Shown piece after piece: positions 35,789-44,936 of a stretch of DNA of 64,000 nucleotides. Position numbers and translations under genes: made by a program. The stretch's first letter is position 1. Every line of letters starts with the position of its first letter. Source of the DNA: Myxococcota bacterium (lineage in GTDB: Bacteria > Myxococcota_A > UBA796 > GCA-2862545); the NCBI GenBank assembly GCA_039208735.1, contig JBCCQY010000031.1:1-64000 (forward strand). Direction: 5' to 3'. The notes under the pieces are model-generated. The model had not been told where the DNA came from, made no database searches, and was given only the letters and a program-made list of their open reading frames with translations.

Positions 35789-37756
35789 CTACCCGAGCGT
35801 CTTGGCCACAAACTCAAGCACCTTGTCGTACCAGGCCTCGATGTTTCGCGGCCGGAGAATCCAGTGGTTTTCGTCAGGGAACACCACCAGTTCGGAAGGG
35901 ACCCCGTGGTGCTGCAGGGCATCGAAGAGCGCCAAGGCCTCGCTGATGGGCACCCGGTAGTCACGCTCGCCGTGAAGGATGAGGGTCGGCGTCTTCCAAT
36001 TCGTCACGTTGCGATGAGGGGAGTAGCGGTTCACCGCGTCAAGATCGGTCCAGCGATCGGCTCCGTTCTGGAATCTCCAGAAGGAGGGATGGTCAGTCGT
36101 GCCGGCAAACATGGGCAAGTCGTAGAGGCTTGCGTGGGTCACGAGGCACGCGAACCGATCCGTCCGTCCGCCAATTTCGTTGGTCATGTAGCCGCCGAAG
36201 GAGCCGCCCATCGCAATCATTCGGTCTTGGTCGACGCGCGGGTCAGCGGCCACGCGGTCTACCACCGCGGTCAGGTCGTCGTAGCAGGCCGCGCCCCACT
36301 GGTTGTCCCAAATCCCGTCCACAAACGCCTGGCCGAACCCCGTTGAACCCCTCGGGTTGGGCAGGACCACGGCGTAGCCCTGCGCCAGCACCACGTTGGC
36401 GTTCCAGCGCCAGTGCCACTGGTCGTTCCACGCCCCAATGGGGCCACCGTGGATCCAGATGAACGTTGGGCAGGGACCCGTGGCCCCTTTGGGCACGAGC
36501 AACCAATACTGAACGGGGTCACCGGCCGCGCCGGCCACCGTGTGGTTTTCGACGTCGGCCAGGGCCGTAAACGGCGTGGTCGGACCAGCCAGCGACGTGA
36601 GCATCGAGACCGTTCCGTCCGCGTCGAGCCGAAACGCCTCGGGCGGAGCCTGCAATCCGTGGGCAATTCCTGCAAATCCCGTGCCGCTCGGTACCACACT
36701 GCCCAAATGCCCCCGGCCCTCGGGCATGGGCAATGCCTCGACCGTGTGGGTGCTCAAGTCGATGGCGAACATCGGATGCTGGGCATCGTCATCGGCCGTG
36801 ACGAGGAGGCGCCCATCGGCCAGCCAGCCCACCGGATGCCCCCAGCGATCCCAATCGGGTGCAATCTCCGTTCGCTCCGTCCCATCCACGCCCATGATGA
36901 ACAGCCGTTCTTGCGGACAAACCCCTTCTGCCCAGGTCTGTTGGCTGAACACGAGCCGAGCGCCATCCTTGGTGAAGCATGGTGCCGTCGCCACCTGTTC
37001 AGGCTCATCGAAGAGGACCCGACCTTCTCCCGTGGCCACATCGATGGCCAGGAGCTTGAGATCGTTGAGCCCAAACCGGTTTTTTCGGGAGGAGGTCACG
37101 ACGACAAGCCGACCGTCTGGCGAGACGGTCCAATCGCTCTGGCGATGCTCGCGATCGGCCTCCGGGGTCAGATCACGACGGTTCTGACCCTCCGCGTCGT
37201 ACGCCACGAGGTGGGGAGCCGCCTTAGGGACCCAATGGTCCCAATGGCGCACCGGCCCTTCGGTATACGACCGAATAGACGGGCCGCGTTTCTTCCGATC
37301 GTCGTCGATCTCACGTTGTTTTTCGAACGGGACCCCCAGCAACACCGGCGCCATGACCACGATGCCATCGCCGGCCTCGGGAAATGCAAAGGCCTGGACC
37401 CCCAACGGTTCGTCGGTGAGTGGATGCAGGGCCCCAGCGTCGTCGCGAAGCCAGAGTTGGTTCCGCGCGTCGTCCCCCGGCGCCTCTTCCGGCTCCTCGG
37501 CGCGTGCATCCGTGGGCCGATTTGTGACGAAGCCAAGGGTTCCGTCGCGGCGGAAGGCGGGCTGCTTGTAGGCACACTGCCCTTCGAGCAACGGGGTGGC
37601 CATTCCGTCCTCGTCGACGCGCCAGATCGCCGGGTGGTAGCGACCCGTTTCAGCGTCGACGGTATGCACCTCGACGGCGTGCCACGACCCATCGGGTGCG
37701 GCTGCGACGGCCTGCACGCGGCGCATCGCGACGAGATCCTGGACGGAAAAGGCCAT
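35789..37756 (-). CDS. S9 family peptidase (prolyl oligopeptidase / dipeptidyl aminopeptidase)
   Basis: IHGGP, NPRGSTGFG, GGSFGG, HGERDYRVP, PDENH; N-terminal beta-propeller. Confidence 0.93.
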   Translation of the reverse strand: MAFSVQDLVAMRRVQAVAAAPDGSWHAVEVHTVDAETGRYHPAIWRVDEDGMATPLLEGQCAYKQPAFRRDGTLGFVTNRPTDARAEEPEEAPGDDARNQLWLRDDAGALHPLTDEPLGVQAFAFPEAGDGIVVMAPVLLGVPFEKQREIDDDRKKRGPSIRSYTEGPVRHWDHWVPKAAPHLVAYDAEGQNRRDLTPEADREHRQSDWTVSPDGRLVVVTSSRKNRFGLNDLKLLAIDVATGEGRVLFDEPEQVATAPCFTKDGARLVFSQQTWAEGVCPQERLFIMGVDGTERTEIAPDWDRWGHPVGWLADGRLLVTADDDAQHPMFAIDLSTHTVEALPMPEGRGHLGSVVPSGTGFAGIAHGLQAPPEAFRLDADGTVSMLTSLAGPTTPFTALADVENHTVAGAAGDPVQYWLLVPKGATGPCPTFIWIHGGPIGAWNDQWHWRWNANVVLAQGYAVVLPNPRGSTGFGQAFVDGIWDNQWGAACYDDLTAVVDRVAADPRVDQDRMIAMGGSFGGYMTNEIGGRTDRFACLVTHASLYDLPMFAGTTDHPSFWRFQNGADRWTDLDAVNRYSPHRNVTNWKTPTLILHGERDYRVPISEALALFDALQHHGVPSELVVFPDENHWILRPRNIEAWYDKVLEFVAKTLG

Positions 37757-37830
37757 ATGAACTCCCTGCGGATGACGTCCCCGCTCCCTATCCACCATCC
37801 ACGTAAACGTTCAGCCCCCTGGGAGAGACC

Positions 37831-38625
37831 GTGATCCCCATGCGAGATCGCGTTGGTCACGTAGACGTACTCTGGATCACCCTTGACACCCTCCGTTACG
37901 ACGTGGCCCAAGACGCCTGGTCAGCCGGAGAAACCCCCGTCCTCGCGCGCCTTCTGCCCCCCGCGGGTTGGGAAGCCCGCCATACGCCGGGGAATTTCAC
38001 ACTGGCCGCGCATCACGCTTTCTTTTCCGGATTTTGGCCCACCCCCCAAGGCCCGCCTCCTCACCCCCGCACGTACGCCTGCCGCTTCCAGGGCAGCACG
38101 ACGATCACCAACGAAACGGCGGTGTTCGACGCAGCCAATGTGGTGCAGGGGTTTGCCGATCGCGGCTACCACACCGTGTGCATCGGCGGTGTCGGTTTCT
38201 TCAACCTTCTGACGCCGCTGGGAGAGCAGCTCCCTGGCTACTTCGCCGAGCGTCACTGGTCGGAGAAGCTTGGCGTCACCTGCCTCGACTCCACCGCCCA
38301 CCAGGTGACGTGCGCGCTCGAGGTTTTGTCACGAACCCCGGGCCGCATCCTGCTCTTTGTAAACATCTCGGCCCTTCATCAACCGAATTGTGGCTACCTA
38401 CCCGGAGCAACCGAGGACTCACCCGCCACCATGCGGGCCGCCCTCCGCTACGTCGATGGCGCCTTGGCGCCGTTGTTCGACGCGTTCCGCGGTCGCCGAC
38501 AAACCGCAGTGATCATCTGTGGCGATCACGGCACTGCCTACGGCGAAGACGGCTATTTCGGCCATCGCCACAACCATCCCACCGTGACGACCGTGCCGTT
38601 CATGGAGGGCTGGTTGGCGGCCTAG
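37831..38625 (+). CDS. STM4013/SEN3800-like sulfatase-fold hydrolase
   Basis: ITLDTLRYDVA, RHTPGNFT.AAH.AFF.GF.PTP, CIGGVGFFN, ALHQPN, DHGTAYGEDG..GHR. Confidence 0.85.
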   Translation: MIPMRDRVGHVDVLWITLDTLRYDVAQDAWSAGETPVLARLLPPAGWEARHTPGNFTLAAHHAFFSGFWPTPQGPPPHPRTYACRFQGSTTITNETAVFDAANVVQGFADRGYHTVCIGGVGFFNLLTPLGEQLPGYFAERHWSEKLGVTCLDSTAHQVTCALEVLSRTPGRILLFVNISALHQPNCGYLPGATEDSPATMRAALRYVDGALAPLFDAFRGRRQTAVIICGDHGTAYGEDGYFGHRHNHPTVTTVPFMEGWLAA

Positions 38626-38843
38626 GTGGCGTCTTTTGCGTCGTCGCCCTCGGCCTTGCGGAGCGCGCCCTGAAGCTGGACGTCCACGGCAAGCGATGCC
38701 CCATCGGCTTCGGAAGTGCACAGGAGTTCGTCCTGCACGACCTTCAGGGGCATGGTTTGTGCACCCTGAGGCATGTCCACCGCACGTTGGCCGGCGAGCA
38801 TCAACCTCAGAACCTTCGTGTTCATCGGAGTTCCCGTCATCAT
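38622..38843 (-). CDS. Small hypothetical protein (73 aa)
   Basis: Fills an otherwise empty gap; GC-rich third codon positions; no motif. Confidence 0.35.
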   Translation of the reverse strand: MMTGTPMNTKVLRLMLAGQRAVDMPQGAQTMPLKVVQDELLCTSEADGASLAVDVQLQGALRKAEGDDAKDAT

Positions 38844-38944
38844 GTTCGAGATTTTCTCATAGTTGAGGCGCGGCGTCACCACCCGCTCCCATCCTGCCCA
38901 AATGGGCAGGTGCAATCTTGACGTCGGCTCGTGATGACTCCGGG

Positions 38945-39862
38945 ATGACTCTGCAAGCGACACGAGAACAAGAAGCCCTGGACGCCTACAGTCAGGTCGT
39001 CGTCGATGCCGTCGAGTTCGTGGGACCGGCGGTCGCGAGCGTGCGAATTCGACAGGCTCGCACGTGGCGCCAACCCGGAGGCGACGGCGCGGGCTCGGCC
39101 TTTGCGTTCACCCCGGACGGCTCCCTCATCACCAACGCCCATGTGGTCGCGCGGGCTCGAGAGGTCTCGGTGACCTTTCCCGATGGCGAGGCCCGCCCCG
39201 CGCGCGTGGTCGGCGCCGATCCGGTCACCGATCTCGCGGTCGTCAAGGTTGACGCCACCGGTCTGCCCTACCTCCCCATCGAAGATGAGCCCCGCCCCCC
39301 TCGGGTCGGCCAACTCGTCGTGGCCATCGGCAATCCCTTTGGCTTCGATGCCACGGTGTCCGCTGGGGTGTTGTCAGCCGTGGACCGCACACTTCCGGCC
39401 GGGTCACGCAAGCTCGATCACCTGTTGCAGCACACCGCGCCCATCAACCCGGGAAACTCCGGCGGACCCCTCACGGACTCGCGAGGTCGGATCCTCGGCG
39501 TGAATGTCGCGATTCTCGCCGTAGCCCAGGGAATCGGGTTTGCCGTGCCCGCGCAGACGCTCGCGTGGGTGGTTCCTCGACTGCTTCACGATGGCGGCGT
39601 GCGACGCGGCTACCTCGGGTTGTCCGCCCACACGCACCGTGGAGGCGCCCGTGTGGTGGGCGTCGAGCCCCGTTCTCCCGCTGCGGCGGCCGGCATTCAG
39701 CCCGGTGATGTGCTCATAGGACTCGGGCCGCACCCCATTCGGGGGGTGGAAGACCTTCAACGGAGGGTGGCGGAAGTCACGCCCGGTCGACCGGTAGAGG
39801 CGCGCCTTCGTCGACGTGGTGCCGACCTCAAGGTCACCGTACGTCCGGGCGTCCTCCGCTGA
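38945..39862 (+). CDS. HtrA/DegP-like trypsin protease with PDZ domain
   Basis: ITNAHVV, DLAVVK, INPGNSGGPL, GYLG, SPAAAAGIQPGD. Confidence 0.93.
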   Translation: MTLQATREQEALDAYSQVVVDAVEFVGPAVASVRIRQARTWRQPGGDGAGSAFAFTPDGSLITNAHVVARAREVSVTFPDGEARPARVVGADPVTDLAVVKVDATGLPYLPIEDEPRPPRVGQLVVAIGNPFGFDATVSAGVLSAVDRTLPAGSRKLDHLLQHTAPINPGNSGGPLTDSRGRILGVNVAILAVAQGIGFAVPAQTLAWVVPRLLHDGGVRRGYLGLSAHTHRGGARVVGVEPRSPAAAAGIQPGDVLIGLGPHPIRGVEDLQRRVAEVTPGRPVEARLRRRGADLKVTVRPGVLR

Positions 39863-39863
39863 C

Positions 39864-40742
39864 CTAAGATGGGTTCGTGAGCCGTGCGAACAGACGACGA
39901 ATGAAGAACCGTCGAATCGCGCCCACCACCGGATGCCGAGGCCGCTCGACCTGCCAGGTCCAGGGATTGAAGAAGGTGCCGTGAAACCCTGGTCCTCCGG
40001 GGCGTTCCAACACCACGCGCAACGCTTCGTAGGCCATGAGGCATCCCGTCGTCCACACCATCGGGGCAAACGACGGGCGCGCTCGCTTGCCCGCCACCAC
40101 CTGGGCCGCCACATCGAGATCGAGGTGATCGGCACTCGAGGAGTGCACCATCACGTACTCGACCTCCTTCTCGAAGCACGTCGCCAGCATGACGTCATCG
40201 ATCTCGTCGAGCGACTTGCCGACCGACGGGTAGCGGAAGGTCACCTCAGGTCGCGGATCGTGAGGATGAACCACGTAGACGCTCGGCAAGGGCGACGAAA
40301 ACGAATCCACTACGGTGCGTTTGTGTTCTTCGGCCTTGCGCATCATGGCGATGGTGGCCTTCTGGTCGTCGCACCCATTGATGACAACGGTCGCTTGAGG
40401 CAGCACCGCGTCGAGCTGGTCCACCCAATCCGTCCCAATGATGGCCACCTCACACTCGGGATTGATCTGTGCGATGGCCGCCGCCGTGGTTTCCGCCTTC
40501 GGCTCTCCAATCGTGTCGAGAGTGGCCACCATCTGCCGGTTCAGATTCGACAGATCAAAGGCATTGACGTCGGTGATGGTGATCCGACCAATTCCCGCCC
40601 GCACCAGGCACATTAGGGCAGAACCACCCAAACCGCCCACCCCACTCACAAACACGTGCGCCTCGCGAATGCGGCGCTGCTCATCCTCGGAGACGAACCC
40701 AAGGTTGCGGCCGGTGAACGTGGCGTAATCGAAGGTCGTCAA
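39864..40742 (-). CDS. ThiF/MoeB (E1-like) family adenylyltransferase
   Basis: GVGGLG, SNLNRQ, GEPKA; TTG start inferred. Confidence 0.85.
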   Translation of the reverse strand: MTTFDYATFTGRNLGFVSEDEQRRIREAHVFVSGVGGLGGSALMCLVRAGIGRITITDVNAFDLSNLNRQMVATLDTIGEPKAETTAAAIAQINPECEVAIIGTDWVDQLDAVLPQATVVINGCDDQKATIAMMRKAEEHKRTVVDSFSSPLPSVYVVHPHDPRPEVTFRYPSVGKSLDEIDDVMLATCFEKEVEYVMVHSSSADHLDLDVAAQVVAGKRARPSFAPMVWTTGCLMAYEALRVVLERPGGPGFHGTFFNPWTWQVERPRHPVVGAIRRFFIRRLFARLTNPS

Positions 40743-40887
40743 AGGGTCCTCGCAAACGGCTGTACGCGGTGGGGCCGAGGGCTCGTTATCGCGTCGCGGG
40801 GGTCGAAGGCCCGCAAGGATCCTGGTTCCGGTTCGTTTCCTGTTCAGCTCACGCCAACCACGACAACGCAGAGATACGGCTCGGCGC

Positions 40888-42555
40888 ATGGAACTCTGGA
40901 TGACCATTCTTGCCGCCGGCTTCGCGGTGGCGGTCGGTGCGCCGTTCGTCCTCTGGCTTCGATCGCGTACCCTCCCTCGGCCCGATCGGTCGTTCCTTGG
41001 CTTTCGCAACTGGATTGCGGCGCGGATCGAGGAGCGGCTCGGGGGGTACCGACACGCACACACGGTGCCCGACCCCACGGCGCCCGAGCGGCTGACCCAG
41101 CCGCTGCTGGTGGCGGTGGTCGGCGGAGGACTCGGGGGCGTCGGCGCGGCCACCACCCTCGCGGAGCGCGGAGCCAGCGTCGTCATCTTCGAGAAGAACC
41201 CCTACTTCGGGGGCAAAATCGCCGCGTGGGAAGACGTGACCTCCGATGGGTCCACCCAGAAAGTGGCTCACGGCTTTCACGCCTTTTTCCGGAACTACTA
41301 CAACCTCAACGACTTCTTAAGCCGCATCGGCGTCCACCAGACCTTCACGTCGCTCGACGACTACCAGGTCTTGTCGGCGGATGGCGTGCTTCACAGCTAC
41401 AAAGACATCGATACCGCCCCGGTCCTCAACCTCGTCTCGCTCGGGGACCACGGGGTGTTCCAGTGGAAGGACATCCTGTTTACCCAGGCGGTTCATGAGA
41501 TGGACCGGTTTCTCCTCTACGACGAAGAAACCACCTTCGAGCAACTCGATCACGTGCCGTTTGACCGGTTTGCTGAACGCGCGGAACTCCCCGATTCCCT
41601 GATGCTCTCGTTCAACAGCTTTTCACGAGCGTTCTTTGCCGATCCAGACCGGTTGTCGACCGCGGAGCTGGTCAAAAGCTTCCATTTCTACTACCTGTCG
41701 CAGGACGCAGGACTCATCTACGATCTGCCTGACGACTGGTTTGGTGATGCCCTCATCGCGCCCATCGTGCGCCACCTCGAGTCCCACGACGTCAACATTC
41801 GCCTGGCCACTCCGGTGACTTCGATCGAACGCCCCCGCGAAGGACCCCGGTTCCGGGTCAATGGCGAAGACTTCGACGCGGTCGTGCTCGCCGCGGATGT
41901 GGTGGGTACGGCCAAGTTGGCCCAGGGTCCCTGGCTCGACGATGCCCCCACGGCCGCCCGACAGCTCCGCGGGGTCCAGCCCGGCCAACGCTACAGCGTG
42001 CTCCGCATGTGGCTGTCCGGCGACGTTCGAACCGACGTGGCGAGCTACCTCGTGATGGACCGCCAACGAACCCTCGATGCCGTGGCGTTGCTCCATCGGT
42101 TTGAGCGCACCTTCGAACGCTGGGCCGAGGAAACGGGCGGATCGGTCCTTGAATTGCATTGCTACGCCCTCCCCGACGACGTCGCCGAGGACGAGGTGCG
42201 CGACCTCATGGTGGCCGAACTCCACCAGTTCTTCCCCGAGGCAGCCACCCACGACGTGATCACCGAACACATGCAGATCCGCCAAGACTTCCCCGCCTTC
42301 CACGTGGGCATGTACGCGGACCGCCCCCAAACCGAGACGGAGGTTCCTGGCCTGGTGGTAGCCGGGGACTGGGTTCGACTGCCCTTCCCTTCCGCGCTGA
42401 TGGAAGGCGCCTTCACAAGTGGGGTGCTGGCCGCGAACGTTTTGCTGCGCGAACGCGGGGTTCAGGAAGCTCCTGTCGACCGGGTCCCTACGCAGGGTGT
42501 CATGGTCGGGCTACCGGAGCCTCCGGGGAAGCGACGGGTGAGCTTCGACCCGTGA
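40888..42555 (+). CDS. FAD-dependent oxidoreductase, CrtU/amine oxidase-like, with N-terminal membrane anchor
   Basis: VVGGGLGG, HGFHAFFRNYYNL, ELHCYA, AGDW...ALMEGA..SG. Confidence 0.82.
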   Translation: MELWMTILAAGFAVAVGAPFVLWLRSRTLPRPDRSFLGFRNWIAARIEERLGGYRHAHTVPDPTAPERLTQPLLVAVVGGGLGGVGAATTLAERGASVVIFEKNPYFGGKIAAWEDVTSDGSTQKVAHGFHAFFRNYYNLNDFLSRIGVHQTFTSLDDYQVLSADGVLHSYKDIDTAPVLNLVSLGDHGVFQWKDILFTQAVHEMDRFLLYDEETTFEQLDHVPFDRFAERAELPDSLMLSFNSFSRAFFADPDRLSTAELVKSFHFYYLSQDAGLIYDLPDDWFGDALIAPIVRHLESHDVNIRLATPVTSIERPREGPRFRVNGEDFDAVVLAADVVGTAKLAQGPWLDDAPTAARQLRGVQPGQRYSVLRMWLSGDVRTDVASYLVMDRQRTLDAVALLHRFERTFERWAEETGGSVLELHCYALPDDVAEDEVRDLMVAELHQFFPEAATHDVITEHMQIRQDFPAFHVGMYADRPQTETEVPGLVVAGDWVRLPFPSALMEGAFTSGVLAANVLLRERGVQEAPVDRVPTQGVMVGLPEPPGKRRVSFDP

Positions 42556-42571
42556 CCCCGAGGGAGAGCAC

Positions 42572-43096
42572 ATGGCGTACTTTCTGGGGTGGCTCGTGGT
42601 GGCCATGGGCCTCGGCGGAACGTGTGGCTATCTCGACCCCCTGAACGCCGCGGGGTCGATGCCTTTGACGGTGACAGGAGCCATTGGCGCCGTCACCAAC
42701 GCGGCGGTGATCGGTCTGCTTTACCAGAGCTTGCCTCCGGAAGCGGAGCGACGCCTCTGGATCGCAGGCATCACCGGTGCTGTGCTGGCGTTGATTCTGA
42801 TCGTGGTCAATTGGTGGGTCGGAGGGACGGTCGCCGAAGGCGTCTGCCGAGCCGACGTTGGGTTTGTGACTGGCATCTCTTTCGTTTGGGTGCCCGTGGG
42901 AAGCATCATTGGCCTGGGCCTCGGCATCGCTGGGTTGGGGGCCCTTGCCACCTACGGACTCACGCCCGGCGACACGGTGTACTTCGACGGCAACGTGCCT
43001 ACGCAGGAGGGCATTAGCTCCGGGACCTTGATCTTGGGGCTCGTGACAGCCATCGTGGCCGTGGTGTGGGGTCGAACATTCCCCCAACGTCGGTGA
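42572..43096 (+). CDS. Hypothetical membrane protein
   Basis: About 5 hydrophobic segments; GGAG RBS. Confidence 0.7.
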   Translation: MAYFLGWLVVAMGLGGTCGYLDPLNAAGSMPLTVTGAIGAVTNAAVIGLLYQSLPPEAERRLWIAGITGAVLALILIVVNWWVGGTVAEGVCRADVGFVTGISFVWVPVGSIIGLGLGIAGLGALATYGLTPGDTVYFDGNVPTQEGISSGTLILGLVTAIVAVVWGRTFPQRR

Positions 43097-43162
43097 ACCG
43101 TTCGCACCTGCCGGCAAGGTTCAATAGGCCCCATTACCCAGTCATTGAATCCAGAGGACATC

Positions 43163-43627
43163 ATGCTCGCACGTCTGTTTGCCCGACTGCCCTCCGAAGA
43201 CGCTCACGCTCACTGCGATGGCCCCTGCGGCATCTACGATCCCGCGTCGGCGCGCATTCACGCCGAAGCCGTGAAGTCGATGACCAACAAGATCCTGGCC
43301 CTCGTGCCGCCGGCGGCCGGCGACAATGTGGCCCTTGCGAAGTACCACAACACCCTTTCGCGCTACGTCGCGATCAAGGAATCCGAGGCCGAGCACACCA
43401 AGCGCGAGCTGCTCATCCTCTGGACCGACTACTTCAAGCCGCAGCACCTGGCCGCGCACCCGAACATCCACGAAACGTTCTGGAAGGCAGCGAAGCTCTG
43501 CTCGGCCTGCAAGGTCGAAGTGAGCGCCCAGCACGCCGACGAACTCATGGATGCGGTCAAGGAGATCCACGAGATCTTCTGGTCGACGAAGGGCCGCGAG
43601 GTCGCTTGGGTGACCGCCGCCGGCTGA
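43163..43627 (+). CDS. sodN: Nickel superoxide dismutase precursor
   Basis: Ni-hook HCDGPCGIYDP after an AHA leader; ILWTDYFK, SACK. Confidence 0.97.
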   Translation: MLARLFARLPSEDAHAHCDGPCGIYDPASARIHAEAVKSMTNKILALVPPAAGDNVALAKYHNTLSRYVAIKESEAEHTKRELLILWTDYFKPQHLAAHPNIHETFWKAAKLCSACKVEVSAQHADELMDAVKEIHEIFWSTKGREVAWVTAAG

Positions 43628-43631
43628 TCGG

Positions 43632-44000
43632 TTGTCCGAGCTGTCGCGCATTCGCCAGGTCCGTGAAATCGTGGCCTGGCTCCTGGGACGACGCCGGCTC
43701 TACACCGTGGTCGGTACCAGCATGCTGCCGACCTTGGCGCCTGGCGAACGAGTGTGGGCGCGGGTGCGACCCTTGGCGCGGGTTCAGCCCGGTGCGATCG
43801 TCGTCGTACGATCGCCCACTCCGCCGCCTGCCATCCTCGTGAAGCGCTTGGCCTCCCGTATGGACGACTCGTTCACCGTGAAGAGCGACTCCCCCGACGG
43901 TGCGTTCGACAGCCTTCGCTTTGGGTCACTGGCCTCCTCGGCACTGCTGGGGGAGGTGACACTCATCCTCGACGTGGAAGGCCGACTGCGAAGGCCTTGA
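43632..44000 (+). CDS. sodX: NiSOD maturation protease (S26 family)
   Basis: VVGTSMLPTL (Ser), LVKRL (Lys), DSLRFG; directly after sodN. Confidence 0.85.
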   Translation: MSELSRIRQVREIVAWLLGRRRLYTVVGTSMLPTLAPGERVWARVRPLARVQPGAIVVVRSPTPPPAILVKRLASRMDDSFTVKSDSPDGAFDSLRFGSLASSALLGEVTLILDVEGRLRRP

Positions 44001-44014
44001 GGCATACTCTGTCC

Positions 44015-44932
44015 ATGCACGATCCTCGCCTGCTCGTCTTCACCGATCCCCAAATGGCCGAGCACGATCCCGGCCCCGGCATGCCCGAACGCTCCGCCCG
44101 TCTCGCCGCGGCCACCGCGGCAGTGGCGGATCGAAGGGGGGTCGAAATCCGATCGCCAACCCCCATCGGACGTGGCGCGCTGCTCCGAGCCCACGATGCC
44201 GCCTACCTCGACGCGGTCCTCGAGGCGGAAGGCCGCCCGTTTGCCGTCGACCACGAGACGCGCGGCTCGGCCCAGACCGTGATGGCCGCGCGGCTTGCTG
44301 CCGGAGCGGTCACCCAAGCCGCACTGGCGGTCATCGATGGCCCGGTACGGCGTGCCTTCGCCCTCGTTCGCCCACCCGGCCATCACGCCATGCGCAAGCT
44401 GGGCATGGGGTTCTGCTTTTTCAACAACGTCGTCGTTGCGGCCCTTGCGGCTCGGGCGGAACGTGAGGTGAACCGCGTTCTCGTGATCGACTGGGACGTG
44501 CACCACGGCAACGGGACCGAGGACATCTTCCGCGGTGATGAACACCTCCTCTTTTTCAGCACCCACCAAGGAGGGCAGGGGTTCTACCCCGGTACAGGAC
44601 TGGTCTCCTCGGGCAACGCCTTGAATGTTCCATTGTCGGCCGGCGCTGGCGATGCCGCGATGTTGAAGGCGTTTCGCGAGGTGTTGAAGCCGGCCGCCGA
44701 CCACTTCAACCCCGACCTCGTCCTGGTGTCAGCCGGGTTCGATGCTCACCAAGATGATCCACTGGCCGGGCTCGTGGCCACCCCCGAAGGCTTCGCAGCG
44801 TTGTGTCGCGAGGTGATCGACATCGCCGAGACGCACGCCGAAGGCCGTCTCGTATTGGCGCTCGAAGGGGGCTACGACTTGCCCGCGCTCACGGCTTGCA
44901 TCGCCGCCTGCACCGACGTGTTGGTCGCCTGA
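44015..44932 (+). CDS. Histone deacetylase family protein
   Basis: RPPGHHA, GFCFFNN, DWDVHHGNGT, SAGFDAH, LEGGY. Confidence 0.95.
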   Translation: MHDPRLLVFTDPQMAEHDPGPGMPERSARLAAATAAVADRRGVEIRSPTPIGRGALLRAHDAAYLDAVLEAEGRPFAVDHETRGSAQTVMAARLAAGAVTQAALAVIDGPVRRAFALVRPPGHHAMRKLGMGFCFFNNVVVAALAARAEREVNRVLVIDWDVHHGNGTEDIFRGDEHLLFFSTHQGGQGFYPGTGLVSSGNALNVPLSAGAGDAAMLKAFREVLKPAADHFNPDLVLVSAGFDAHQDDPLAGLVATPEGFAALCREVIDIAETHAEGRLVLALEGGYDLPALTACIAACTDVLVA

Positions 44933-44936
44933 CCGC

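Noticed and set aside
40888..42555. Assigning the symbol crtU
   Set aside because: Motif similarity only; no carotenoid cluster nearby.
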